A stretch of DNA of 64,000 nucleotides. It comes from Chitinophagaceae bacterium. Its GTDB lineage: Bacteria; Bacteroidota; Bacteroidia; Chitinophagales; Chitinophagaceae. Within the stretch, counting starts at the first letter, position 1. The number at the start of each line of letters is the position of its first letter. The notes below the pieces were generated by a model. It searched no databases and was not told where the DNA came from. It saw only the letters and a program-made list of their open reading frames with translations. Location: assembly GCA_947451935.1 (NCBI GenBank), contig CANGBH010000005.1:2685-66684 (forward strand), in the 5' to 3' direction. Made by a program: the position numbers and the translations under genes. This document shows positions 8,964 through 18,576 of the stretch, one piece after another.

Positions 8964-10505
8964 TTATTTTTTTCTAGTATTCTGTCTTCTGTTGCTGAAA
9001 TGATTTCCGGTTTTGAAGCCATTCCCTTCTTGACTACCAAATCTATCCATTGCACACCTAAATCCAATAGTTGAGCTAGATTGATCTTCATCTAGGAATC
9101 GTCGAGCTCCAGGACTTAACCAATATGCTCTATCATCCCAACTTCCACCTTTTATAACACGAGATTTGTTATTGATTAATGTACTTAGCCCTGAGTTATA
9201 TGAAGCCATTGACAGTTCGTCACCATCTTTGAATTCAATAGCATTTCCTTTTTGATAGTTCATTCTTTTTTTAGATTCCTCGTCTGTAACTTGAATCATC
9301 TTTACTCTTCCAAGGCTATCCTTTAGAATTTCGCCATCTGCCCCCTTTTCTACTTTCTTAAAAATATTACCACGATATGGGTTAAGATCATCTACATCCA
9401 AGCTGGAGAGTGGTCTGTAGATATCAGCAACCCACTCATTTACATTGCCAGACATGTTATAAAGACCAAATCCATTTGGCATGAAGGCATCTGTAGAACC
9501 AGGAATTGCTGCGTTGTCATTTAGTCCGCCTGCAATACCCATAAAGTCGCCATTGCCACGCTTAAAGTTAGCATTGTATTTACCTTGCCAGCTGCCATAT
9601 CTATTATCGCGAAGTCCGTTTACGTTAGTTGACCAAGAGTATACTTGGCGATTCATGATCAACTCTTCCCCACGTTTACCCTCTTTTACTTTTACATTAG
9701 GGTTTTGTTTGATATAGCCTAATGCTGCGTACTCCCATTCTGCCTCAGTAGGAAGTCTATAATCTGGTAAAAGAAGACCATCTTCAATTTTTACATAGTT
9801 TCTAGGTTTTCCGTTTTCATCCATTAGTGGATTATTTTTCGGTTTACCTGCTTTAGGGGCATATATTCCTAGAAGGTAAGATTTAGTAGTGAAGTTTTCC
9901 TCCCCTTGTCCTTGTACCGTTTTCAGCTGTGAGCTATTTGCATAGCCTTTCTCAACTAATAATAGTTCGTTTACCCTGCTTCCCCTCCATAGGCAATAGT
10001 CATTTGCTTGTCGCCAAGACACTCCAACAACTGGGTAATTATTATACGATGGATGCCTGAAGTAATATTCAACTAATGGTTCATTGGCGGATAATTCGCT
10101 TCTCCATACTAAGGTATCAGGCTTAGCGGCATCTATAACTCTTTGATATTGTTCATCGTCAAAGGTTCTTTCGATCCAACTTAGGTACTCTCTGTAGTGA
10201 ATGTTGGCTACTTCTGTTTTGTCAATGTAAAAAGAGGATACAGTAACCCTTCTAGGCACATTGTTCCAATCGCCCATAACATCTTCTTCAGTTGCCCCCA
10301 TAGAGAAGGTACCGCCTTGAACAAATACTAAGCCAGGACCTGTTGCTTGTTCTTTCACAGGAGATTTATAAAATCCACCTACATTTTTATCATTATAATT
10401 CCATCCTGTTGCAGTGGATTTTTCAAATTTCTTTTTAGGAATTAGGCCTCCCTTACAAGCACTGAATAGAAGGGCAATAATAGATAGATACCAAATGTTC
10501 CTCAT
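8964..10505 (-). CDS. gldJ: Gliding motility / T9SS lipoprotein GldJ (FGE-sulfatase/SUMF1 fold)
   Basis: Lipoprotein signal MRNIWYLSIIALLFSAC. SUMF1/FGE-like repeats (GGTFSMG, RVxKGGSW...RCA). Position between murF and porU matches the known Flavobacterium gldJ-porU-porV synteny. Start moved to ATG 10505. Confidence 0.85.
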   Translation of the reverse strand: MRNIWYLSIIALLFSACKGGLIPKKKFEKSTATGWNYNDKNVGGFYKSPVKEQATGPGLVFVQGGTFSMGATEEDVMGDWNNVPRRVTVSSFYIDKTEVANIHYREYLSWIERTFDDEQYQRVIDAAKPDTLVWRSELSANEPLVEYYFRHPSYNNYPVVGVSWRQANDYCLWRGSRVNELLLVEKGYANSSQLKTVQGQGEENFTTKSYLLGIYAPKAGKPKNNPLMDENGKPRNYVKIEDGLLLPDYRLPTEAEWEYAALGYIKQNPNVKVKEGKRGEELIMNRQVYSWSTNVNGLRDNRYGSWQGKYNANFKRGNGDFMGIAGGLNDNAAIPGSTDAFMPNGFGLYNMSGNVNEWVADIYRPLSSLDVDDLNPYRGNIFKKVEKGADGEILKDSLGRVKMIQVTDEESKKRMNYQKGNAIEFKDGDELSMASYNSGLSTLINNKSRVIKGGSWDDRAYWLSPGARRFLDEDQSSSTIGFRCAMDRFGSQEGNGFKTGNHFSNRRQNTRKK

Positions 10506-10584
10506 AAACTTAACTTTGTTTAAGGTAAAATGTCTAAACGAAAACTTATTGCGATTATTGTTTATCAATAAGCTAAGTTCCTCA

Positions 10585-10592
10585 CAAATGTA
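10585..10592 (-). promoter_or_regulatory. Candidate Bacteroidota -7 box (TACATTTG) for gldJ
   Basis: Exact match to TAnnTTTG on the minus strand, about 80 nt upstream of the gldJ start. No clear -33 TTG, and the motif is frequent in AT-rich DNA. Confidence 0.25.
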
Positions 10593-10648
10593 AGTGTTAA
10601 ATTGAATCAATTCAAGGGTTTATCGCAATTATTATGTTTACTATATGC

Positions 10649-10656
10649 TAAATTTG
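10649..10656 (+). promoter_or_regulatory. Candidate Bacteroidota -7 box (TAAATTTG) for porU
   Basis: Exact TAnnTTTG match 14 nt upstream of the porU ATG. No convincing -33 element. Confidence 0.3.
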
Positions 10657-10669
10657 TGAACGGCTTTTT

Positions 10670-13600
10670 ATGAAAAAATTGCACTTGATTGTTGCTTTGG
10701 CTGTGCTGTTTCAAAATGTTTCAGCTCAAAGGCAATATGCTTCAAGCTCGGTATTGGCTAATGGCCACTGGCTTAAACTTTCAATTCAATCGGCAGGCGT
10801 CTATAAGGTGGATGCAAAAATGATGGAAAAGGGCGGTTTTGGCATTAAAATTGCTTCTAATTCAATTAGATTGTATGGTAATGGAGGGGAAATGCTACCT
10901 GAATCTGTTCAGGATTCTACATGTGATGATTTAGTTGAATGTAAAATTGAGGTGAACGATGGGGGAGATGGTATTTTTTCTGGGGATGATTTTTTTCTTT
11001 TTTATGCCAAGAGCCCTAACATATGGCGGTTCGATACTACACAGAAGCAGTTTGTTTTTAACAAAAATCCATATTCGGATAAGTCCTTCTATTTTTTAAC
11101 ACAAAGCAATGAGAAAGGAAGACGTGTTGAGCAAGCTCCCACTCTTGGTATAGCTTCTCTTGTGGTAGATCAATTTGATGAACATATCCATCATGAACTA
11201 GATTCTATCAATTTTTTGAAAAGTGGTAAGGAATGGTATGGTGAAGAATTTGATGCCCAATCAGGAGTTGTAGAGCGACATTTTATGTTTTCTCCAAGTG
11301 GAATTATTACATCGACCCCTGTTGATATTGTCAGTGAAGTGATTGGTGCTAGTGCAGGAAACCCAAATCGCCTGGCAGTTTCAATCAATGGCCAAGTCAT
11401 GATTAGTCACCAGACAAACCCCTTGCCCGAAGGACTAAGTGCTCCGGTTGCTAGAGTGAGTAAGGTGGATAACGTTGGAGTGCTTAATGCTTCGCAAATT
11501 GATGTTGGTTATGCCTTTACTCCTGGTAGTGTGAATGCAAAAGCATGGCTAAATTGGTTTGAATTGAAGTACAGAAAATCGCTAGATATGCAGGGAATAC
11601 ATCAACTGCATTTTAGGGATACTAAATCAGTGGCCTCGGCGGCCATCATAAACTTTTCAATAAAGAACCCTATTTCGAATTTATCTGTTTGGGATGTCTC
11701 TATTCCAAATCAACCTCTTTCAATGCAAATAGTGCAAGCTGCTAGTGAAGTTAATTTTACGGCACGGGCTGATTTGCTTAAAGAATATGTTGCTTTTGAT
11801 GTTCTCTCCGCCATGACTCCTCAGGTGGAAGGGGTAATAAAAAATCAAAATTTACATGGACTGCCATCTGCTGTAATGATTATTGTTGCTCAAACATCAA
11901 TGCTTTCTCAGGCAGATAGGTTAGCGGCATTTCACCGGAAAAAAGATGGTATGGCAGTTCATGTAGTGGATGTGAAGGAAATATATAATGAATTTTCATC
12001 TGGAACGCCAGATCCAACTGCAATTAGAAATTTTGCAAAAATGCAGTACGACCGAAGTGGTCATTCCCTCCACTACCTCTTGCTTATGGGTAGTGCATCC
12101 TACCTTAGAAGGGAGGACGCTACCGAAATCACAAACAATGTCCCCTCTTATCAGAGTTGGTCATCGCTTGATCCACTAACAAGTTATGTGACCGATGATT
12201 ACTTTGGTTTTTTAGATGATGGGGATGATATTAATAGCTCAGTTTCATTAGCACAATTGGATATTGACATAGGTAGAATACCAGCAAGAACGCTTGAACA
12301 AGCCACCATTGTTGTTGATAAAATTATTTCCTATCATGATACAGCGTCTTTTGGTAATTGGCGAAATAAATTGACGTTGATTGCAGATGACGAAGATTTT
12401 AATATTCACTTGAATGATGCTGAATACCATGCAGCATTAATACATGCGCAAGTGCCTGTTCTAAACCTCAATAAGATCTATCTCGATGAATTTAAACAGG
12501 AGAGTGGTTCAGGGGGCAATCGTTATCCTGAAGTGAATAATGCTATTAATCAGGCAATTAATTTAGGTGCTTTGATTGTAAATTACTCAGGTCATGGCGG
12601 AAGTCTTAGACTGGCTCAAGAAGCCATTTTGGACAAGGCTACGGTGAGTAGTTGGCAAAATGAAAAGAAGCTTCCTCTATTCATTACAGCGACATGCGAC
12701 TTTGCACCGTTTGATGATCCTACTCAACTCTCCATCGGAGAAGAATTGTTAGTCGGCAGGTCTTCTGGAGCCATTGGATTACTCACTACAACAAGGCTTG
12801 TTTTTGCTTCGAGCAATCGAATCATCAATAATAATTATCTAAAATACCTACTTCTGCAAAACGCAGATGGAAGATATCCAACCATAGGAGAGGCATTAAA
12901 ATTGTCAAAAAATTATACCCTATCAACTTCAGGAGACTATATCAATACACGAAAATTTACTTTGTTAGGCGACCCTGCATTGAAGTTAGCTTTACCAGAG
13001 TACAGTGTTAAAACAACCACTATCAATGGAATACCTGTAGGAAATTGGAGAGATACCCTTAGTCCATTAAGCAGCCATATTTTTACAGGAGAAGTGCTAT
13101 TGCCTAATGGAAGTTTAGCCAGTAACTTTAATGGCGTCGTGTATCCAACTTTATATGATAAAGCAGTTAAGGTGAACACGTTGGGTAATGATCCAGAAAG
13201 CAATGTTGTTTCATTCGAAGATCAACAGCATATTTTATATACAGGTAAGGTCAACGCTCAAAACGGACGATTTCAGTTTACTATTACTCTTCCAAGTGAT
13301 GCAAATCAATCATATGGCGAAGGGAAGATTAGTTATTATGCCGAAAGTGGGGTGATTGATGCTGCTGGTTTTGATGAGCGATTTATATTAGGAGGACAAG
13401 CTGCGAATAATTTACATGATCTTGTTGGGCCAATAATAGAATGTTATTTAGATAATGAAATGTTTACCAATGAAGGAATTGTTCATGAGTCTCCTGTGTT
13501 AATTCTAAAATTTTATGATTCATCAGCCATAAATATTTCAGGAATTGGAATTGGTCATGATATAACAGCAACGCTTGATAAGCAGCTCACTACAACCTAT

Positions 13601-14077
13601 ATATTGAACGATTTTTTTATGCCTGAACTTGACGGCTACCTTAAAGGCACTATACGGTATCAATTACCCGTGTTACCTGAGGGGCCTCATGAATTGAACA
13701 TAAGGGCTTGGGATATTTACAATAATTCAGGCCAATGTAAAATTGATTTCAAGGTTGTTCCTCTGCAAAACACAGAAATTATTAAGCTCTCAAATTATCC
13801 AAATCCGATGACCGAAGGGACGGTGTTTAAGGCTCAACTAAGCGGACTGATTGGTTTATTAGATGTTGACATACAAGTCCTTACGATAGATGGAATCGAA
13901 GTGAATACACTTCATAAAGCAATAAATGTTGATTCAAATCGTTCTATGGACATTGTTTGGGATGGCAAGGACAAACAAGGGAAAAAGCCACTGCCTGGAA
14001 TTTACGTGTACAAGCTATTTGTGAGAAATGAGGTAGGAAATACTACATCGAAGGTGCGGAAGCTCATCATTCGTTAA
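10670..14077 (+). CDS. porU: Type IX secretion system sortase PorU (C25-like C-terminal signal peptidase)
   Basis: 1135 aa with a signal peptide. N-terminal SSVLANGHWLKLSIQSAGVYKVD segment typical of PorU. Gingipain/C25-like core (YSGHGG ... ATCDF). C-terminal T9SS CTD-like beta-sandwich (GIYVYKL...KLIIR). Immediately followed by porV. Confidence 0.85.
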   Translation: MKKLHLIVALAVLFQNVSAQRQYASSSVLANGHWLKLSIQSAGVYKVDAKMMEKGGFGIKIASNSIRLYGNGGEMLPESVQDSTCDDLVECKIEVNDGGDGIFSGDDFFLFYAKSPNIWRFDTTQKQFVFNKNPYSDKSFYFLTQSNEKGRRVEQAPTLGIASLVVDQFDEHIHHELDSINFLKSGKEWYGEEFDAQSGVVERHFMFSPSGIITSTPVDIVSEVIGASAGNPNRLAVSINGQVMISHQTNPLPEGLSAPVARVSKVDNVGVLNASQIDVGYAFTPGSVNAKAWLNWFELKYRKSLDMQGIHQLHFRDTKSVASAAIINFSIKNPISNLSVWDVSIPNQPLSMQIVQAASEVNFTARADLLKEYVAFDVLSAMTPQVEGVIKNQNLHGLPSAVMIIVAQTSMLSQADRLAAFHRKKDGMAVHVVDVKEIYNEFSSGTPDPTAIRNFAKMQYDRSGHSLHYLLLMGSASYLRREDATEITNNVPSYQSWSSLDPLTSYVTDDYFGFLDDGDDINSSVSLAQLDIDIGRIPARTLEQATIVVDKIISYHDTASFGNWRNKLTLIADDEDFNIHLNDAEYHAALIHAQVPVLNLNKIYLDEFKQESGSGGNRYPEVNNAINQAINLGALIVNYSGHGGSLRLAQEAILDKATVSSWQNEKKLPLFITATCDFAPFDDPTQLSIGEELLVGRSSGAIGLLTTTRLVFASSNRIINNNYLKYLLLQNADGRYPTIGEALKLSKNYTLSTSGDYINTRKFTLLGDPALKLALPEYSVKTTTINGIPVGNWRDTLSPLSSHIFTGEVLLPNGSLASNFNGVVYPTLYDKAVKVNTLGNDPESNVVSFEDQQHILYTGKVNAQNGRFQFTITLPSDANQSYGEGKISYYAESGVIDAAGFDERFILGGQAANNLHDLVGPIIECYLDNEMFTNEGIVHESPVLILKFYDSSAINISGIGIGHDITATLDKQLTTTYILNDFFMPELDGYLKGTIRYQLPVLPEGPHELNIRAWDIYNNSGQCKIDFKVVPLQNTEIIKLSNYPNPMTEGTVFKAQLSGLIGLLDVDIQVLTIDGIEVNTLHKAINVDSNRSMDIVWDGKDKQGKKPLPGIYVYKLFVRNEVGNTTSKVRKLIIR

Positions 14078-14166
14078 CTGGAATTTCCTTATTTTTAACA
14101 TTCAAACCGGTTGATATCGAAGCGATTACAAAAATTAATTCCAAGTTGATCCTCCAAAAAACATGT

Positions 14167-15324
14167 ATGAAAAGAAATCTTTTTTGTTTTGCTACCGGTC
14201 TACTTTTTTTAATTACAGGCCAAACGACATATTCACAGGCCAACAATACAATTAATGTAGTTACTACTGCAGTACCTTTTTTACGGATTTCTCCTGATGC
14301 ACGTGCGGGTGGGATGGGCGATTTGGGAGTGGCCACTTCTCCCGATGCCAATGCTCAATTTTATAATGTTGCCAAATATGCTTTCGCCACTAAGCCTTCT
14401 GGGATTGGAATGACATACACGCCCTGGTTAAAAGATCTAGGGTTGAATGATGTTTACCTTACCTCATTGGCTGGGTATTATCAGTTAGATGAATCACAAG
14501 CTATTTCAGGATCATTAAGGTATTTTAGTCTAGGTAATATTCAATTTACAGATAACCTTGGGAACGATTTGAATTCGTTCAGACCTCGTGAATTTGCTTT
14601 TGATGCGGGGTATTCAAGAAAGCTATCAGACGTGATGAGTCTAGGTGTTGCATTGCGTTATATAAATTCTAACTTGGCTGGTGGGCAAGCGGTAAATGGG
14701 GTTTCATATAAAGCCGGAACTGCTGTAGCAGGTGATATAGGTTTATTTTATTCCAATATGGGAGAAGATGGCGGCGGTCTGAATCTAGGATTAGCCATGA
14801 CCAATCTTGGTTCGCGCATTAGTTATACTAGCGATGCCACCCAAAAAGATTTTATTCCTGCTAATTTGAGCCTTGGTGGAGTGTATAGTTTTGTCAATAA
14901 TGAGGTAAATAAATTATCATTTGGAGTGGACATTCATAAACTCATGGTGCCAACTCCTCCAACATTAGATGATAGCTTGGGTTTGGCTACCTATAGAAGT
15001 AAAGGTGTAGTGGGTAGTTGGTTTAGCTCTTTTGGGGATGCTCCTGGAGGGTTTAAAGAAGAGTTGAAAGAGTTTTACTTTTCACTTGGAACTGAGTTTA
15101 CCTATAATGAGCAATTTTCGGTTCGTGCTGGTTATTTTTATGAGGACCAAACAAAAGGCAATAGACAATATTTATCCATGGGTGCTGGATTTAGTTATAA
15201 TAATTTGAATTTGAATTTTTCTTATCTAATCCCATCGGGATCAGGAGTTACACGAAATCCTCTTTCCAATACCATTAGATTTAGTTTATTATTTGATTTA
15301 GGTGGAGGAAGCAGTGCATATTGA
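14167..15324 (+). CDS. porV: Type IX secretion system outer-membrane shuttle protein PorV (LptO)
   Basis: Signal peptide, then TTAVPFLRISPDARAGGMGDLGVATSPD, the hallmark N-terminal motif of PorV. Beta-barrel-like alternating pattern. Start taken at ATG 14167, not TTG 14146. Confidence 0.85.
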   Translation: MKRNLFCFATGLLFLITGQTTYSQANNTINVVTTAVPFLRISPDARAGGMGDLGVATSPDANAQFYNVAKYAFATKPSGIGMTYTPWLKDLGLNDVYLTSLAGYYQLDESQAISGSLRYFSLGNIQFTDNLGNDLNSFRPREFAFDAGYSRKLSDVMSLGVALRYINSNLAGGQAVNGVSYKAGTAVAGDIGLFYSNMGEDGGGLNLGLAMTNLGSRISYTSDATQKDFIPANLSLGGVYSFVNNEVNKLSFGVDIHKLMVPTPPTLDDSLGLATYRSKGVVGSWFSSFGDAPGGFKEELKEFYFSLGTEFTYNEQFSVRAGYFYEDQTKGNRQYLSMGAGFSYNNLNLNFSYLIPSGSGVTRNPLSNTIRFSLLFDLGGGSSAY

Positions 15325-15348
15325 TCCAACCAACATAAAATGATTTTG

Positions 15349-15375
15349 AAGCGGCCTATTGGGCCGTTTTCTTTT
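15349..15375 (+). terminator. Intrinsic terminator after porV
   Basis: GC-rich stem (GCGGCC / GGCCGT region, 15349-15369) followed by TTTTCTTTTT. Confidence 0.6.
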
Positions 15376-15399
15376 TGCTTACTTTTATAAAAAATATCC

Positions 15400-15882
15400 A
15401 TGGCATATAGAATAGGATTTGGCATAGACTTTCATCAATTGGTTGAAGACCGTGACCTATGGATTGGGGGAGTAAAGATTCCACATCATAAAGGAGCTAA
15501 AGGGCATAGTGATGCCGATGTTTTGCTTCATGCAATATGCGATGCCATGCTTGGGGCTTTAGCTCTTGGTGATATTGGAGTACATTTTCCAGATACAGAT
15601 CAAGCCTACAAGAATATCGATAGTAAAATTTTGTTGGATAAGACATTTCAGTTGATCAAAGCAAAGGGATATCAAGTAGTGAATGTAGATAGTTCATTAT
15701 GCTTAGAGGCCCCAAAGATTAAGCCTTATGTCAATGAGATGCAACAGGTTATAGCCAGTATTTTAACTATATCTATTGATGATGTATCGGTTAAAGCAAC
15801 AACCACTGAAAAAATGGGTTTTGTTGGCAGGGAAGAAGGACTAGTAGCGTATGCTACAGTATTATTAGAGAAGAAATCCTGA
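15400..15882 (+). CDS. ispF: 2-C-methyl-D-erythritol 2,4-cyclodiphosphate synthase
   Basis: 160 aa. RIGFGIDFH, HSDADVLLHAICDA and KATTTEKMGFVGR motifs. Confidence 0.93.
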   Translation: MAYRIGFGIDFHQLVEDRDLWIGGVKIPHHKGAKGHSDADVLLHAICDAMLGALALGDIGVHFPDTDQAYKNIDSKILLDKTFQLIKAKGYQVVNVDSSLCLEAPKIKPYVNEMQQVIASILTISIDDVSVKATTTEKMGFVGREEGLVAYATVLLEKKS

Positions 15883-15929
15883 TTTAGCGAATCAAATAGC
15901 TAAATAATATTTTTGAGTCCGCTAATCTT

Positions 15930-16397
15930 TTGGATAGTTGTAAATTCGCAAAAACTATTTCGTTGAAAGTTCGCATTATAAATCGATCATCACATCAACT
16001 TCCTGCATATGCAACAGCTGGTGCTTCTGGAATGGACCTCAGGGCGTTTATTGAGGAAGATATGATGATGAATCCGATGCAAAGGATACTTGTTCCAACG
16101 GGCATTTTTCTTGAAATGGAGAATGGACTTGAAGCGCAAATCAGACCTCGGAGCGGACTTGCTCTTAAGCAAGGTATTACGTGCTTAAATTCACCAGGCA
16201 CAATTGATGCAGATTATCGTGGTGAAATAAAGGTCATATTAATTAATTTGTCAAATGAACTGCAAGTAATCCATAACGGAGACAGGATAGCGCAAATGGT
16301 ATTTCAGGAAATTGTGCAAGTAGAATGGGAAGAAACAGAAGCGATTAATGAGACAGCTAGGAATCAAGGTGGATTTGGCCATACAGGAAAACAATAA
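15930..16397 (+). CDS. dut: dUTP diphosphatase
   Basis: [29 protein letters not shown] and RIAQ motifs of trimeric dUTPase. Both candidate starts are TTG (15930 and 15963). The shorter form (MKVRIINRS...) may be the real one. Confidence 0.88.
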   Translation: MDSCKFAKTISLKVRIINRSSHQLPAYATAGASGMDLRAFIEEDMMMNPMQRILVPTGIFLEMENGLEAQIRPRSGLALKQGITCLNSPGTIDADYRGEIKVILINLSNELQVIHNGDRIAQMVFQEIVQVEWEETEAINETARNQGGFGHTGKQ

Positions 16398-16408
16398 AAA
16401 ATTAACTC

Positions 16409-17215
16409 ATGAGGATATTCCTCTTTTTAATGTTCTTGGTAATCTCAATCGTATCGTGTAGGTCTACTCGAAAGATCACAACAGTAATTACCAAAAAGGA
16501 TAGTGCTGTTGTTGTTATTAATCCTACAGAATCAGACTCTGCTAAAACTGTTCGAGCAATAATCAATAAAATAGGGTCAAAGGAAATTAAGTTCAATACC
16601 TTTTCATCAAAGGTTAAAGTTGATTATAGTGACGAAAAAAACAATCGAGTAGATTTTAATGCCTTCATAAGAATGCAAAAAGATAGTGCTATTTGGGTGT
16701 CTATCATCGCAGCATTAAATATCGAAGCCTATCGAGTGATGATTACGCCAGATAGCGTCATCATCATGGATAAAATTGAGCGTACTATACAGCGTAAGCC
16801 ACTTGAGTATCTTCAAAAAATTACAAAGGTGCCCTTTGATTTTAAAACATTGGAAGATTTGATTATAGGTAATCCTGTGTACCTTGATAAAAATGTTACA
16901 TCCTTTTCTGATCAAGGGGAAAGTATTTCTATGTCTACACTAGGTGAAATATTTAAGCATTTTATAACAGTAAGTAAGAAAGATTTAAATATATTGTTTA
17001 GCAAATTGGATGATATTGATGTAACAAGAAGCAGGACAGCGAGTCTTACTTATGCAGATTATAGTAGTGTGGGGATTTGGAACTTTTCAGGATTACGAAA
17101 GATTTCATTGTCTGAAAAAACAAAAATTGATGTTCAACTAGAATTCAAGCAAGTTGAATTTGATAAGCCACTTAGCTTTCCCTTTTCAATTCCTAAAAGT
17201 TATAAGATTAAATGA
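16409..17215 (+). CDS. DUF4292-like lipoprotein (LolB/LolA-like fold)
   Basis: Lipoprotein signal MRIFLFLMFLVISIVSC. Its position between dut and the M23 peptidase matches a common Bacteroidota arrangement. No enzymatic motifs. Confidence 0.65.
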   Translation: MRIFLFLMFLVISIVSCRSTRKITTVITKKDSAVVVINPTESDSAKTVRAIINKIGSKEIKFNTFSSKVKVDYSDEKNNRVDFNAFIRMQKDSAIWVSIIAALNIEAYRVMITPDSVIIMDKIERTIQRKPLEYLQKITKVPFDFKTLEDLIIGNPVYLDKNVTSFSDQGESISMSTLGEIFKHFITVSKKDLNILFSKLDDIDVTRSRTASLTYADYSSVGIWNFSGLRKISLSEKTKIDVQLEFKQVEFDKPLSFPFSIPKSYKIK

Positions 17216-17279
17216 CAATCTTTCCTATATATCTCATTAATAAGTATTCTATTGAGTATAAATCCCTAACTATTAATTG

Positions 17280-18557
17280 ATGAGGAAGAACGCATATAAT
17301 ATTGTACTGATACTATCTATACTATTTACTGCACTGAATGGCTATTCGCAGACTCGAGAGGAGTTAGAAAAAAAACGTAAAGAGATCCAACAAGAGATAT
17401 CTTCTCTGCAAAATGCACAAAGCGAAATAGCAAAGGACAAGAAGGTAAATATTTCACAACTAAAACTTATTGAGAAAAAATTGCGCAATCGTTATGCTGT
17501 GATTGATAATCTTAATGACGATATGCGATTAATTGATAATACTATTTTTAGCAATAATAGAGAAATATACCGACTACAAAAGCAACTTGATACATTAAAA
17601 AGTCAATATGCCAAAACTATTGAATACGCCTATAAGAATAGGAGTAGTTATGATATGATGAATTTTATTTTTACAGCATCAAGTTTTAACGATGCTATTC
17701 GTCGTGTTTCCTATTTAAAAAGTTATAGACACTACCGAGATGAGCAAGCTGCAAACATCAGTAAAACAAGTAAGTCACTTGCTGAAAAAATACAGATCCT
17801 TACTCTAAATAAAAAGGAAAAAGGTAAGGTGTTGGATCAGCAAAAGATCCAAAAAGAAATATTGGAGGAGGAGAAGCAGGAGAAAAATCTGTTTGTTTCA
17901 AAATTAAAACTGAGGGAAAAGGAAATCGAGAAAGAGATGGCGGCAAAGCGTAAGATTGAGCGTAGTTTACAAAACGCTATCGCTGCTATTGTTAAAAGAG
18001 AAATTGAGGCGGCACGAAGAATAGCGGAAGAGGAAGCTAAAAAGTTAGCTGCTAAACCTGTGGTAGAAAACAAAGCAACAGCTCCAGCTAAGACGGCAAG
18101 TGTTCGAAAAGAAAATATTTTAGAGAACACACCTGAGGTGACTAAGATTTCAGTTGGTTTTGAAAATAATAGAGGAAATCTACCTTGGCCAGTTGATAAA
18201 GCTAGTATCAGCGCTAGTTTTGGTAAACAAAAGATAGAAGGCACCTCTTTGATAGAGGATAATATTGGACTTACCATTCAAACAACTGCTGGATCTAATG
18301 TAAAAGCCGTTTTTGAAGGAGTTGTGACTAGCATTTATGACATTGCAGGAAGTCAAACTATTACCATTAAACATGGAAAATATTTTACGACATATTATAA
18401 TCTATCATCTGTTAATGTCTCTAAGGGAACAACCGTACAAATGGGTCAGGTAATTGGAAAGGCAGGAGTAAATGATGAGGGAGATGGAGAGATTATGTTT
18501 GTGGTAAATATTGAAGCTGTTTTTGTAAACCCAGAGCTTTGGTTAAAAAATAAATAG
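17280..18557 (+). CDS. Peptidoglycan DD-metalloendopeptidase family protein (M23, EnvC-like coiled coil)
   Basis: Signal peptide. Roughly 250-aa heptad-rich K/E/Q coiled-coil region. C-terminal LytM/M23 domain (TIKHGKYFTTYYNLS...GQVIG). Confidence 0.85.
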   Translation: MRKNAYNIVLILSILFTALNGYSQTREELEKKRKEIQQEISSLQNAQSEIAKDKKVNISQLKLIEKKLRNRYAVIDNLNDDMRLIDNTIFSNNREIYRLQKQLDTLKSQYAKTIEYAYKNRSSYDMMNFIFTASSFNDAIRRVSYLKSYRHYRDEQAANISKTSKSLAEKIQILTLNKKEKGKVLDQQKIQKEILEEEKQEKNLFVSKLKLREKEIEKEMAAKRKIERSLQNAIAAIVKREIEAARRIAEEEAKKLAAKPVVENKATAPAKTASVRKENILENTPEVTKISVGFENNRGNLPWPVDKASISASFGKQKIEGTSLIEDNIGLTIQTTAGSNVKAVFEGVVTSIYDIAGSQTITIKHGKYFTTYYNLSSVNVSKGTTVQMGQVIGKAGVNDEGDGEIMFVVNIEAVFVNPELWLKNK

Positions 18558-18576
18558 AAGTCAAATTCTAAATGAA

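Noticed and set aside
10506-10610. 35-codon N-terminal extension of the gldJ ORF (MIQFNTYICEELS...).
   Set aside because: The internal Met at 10505 starts a textbook lipoprotein signal (MRNIWYLSIIALLFSAC). The extension has no signal character and would bury the lipobox.
17837-18277. Long antisense ORFs of 120-146 aa inside well-supported genes. This one is opposite the M23 peptidase. Others lie at 23620-24033, 28666-29100, 33951-34325, 45566-45946, 49201-49599, 60644-61072 and 62311-62733.
   Set aside because: Each lies entirely or almost entirely opposite a gene with strong family motifs. Their products are low-complexity or Ser/Leu/Phe-rich mirror translations without motifs. Stop-codon depletion on the antisense frame of real genes explains them.
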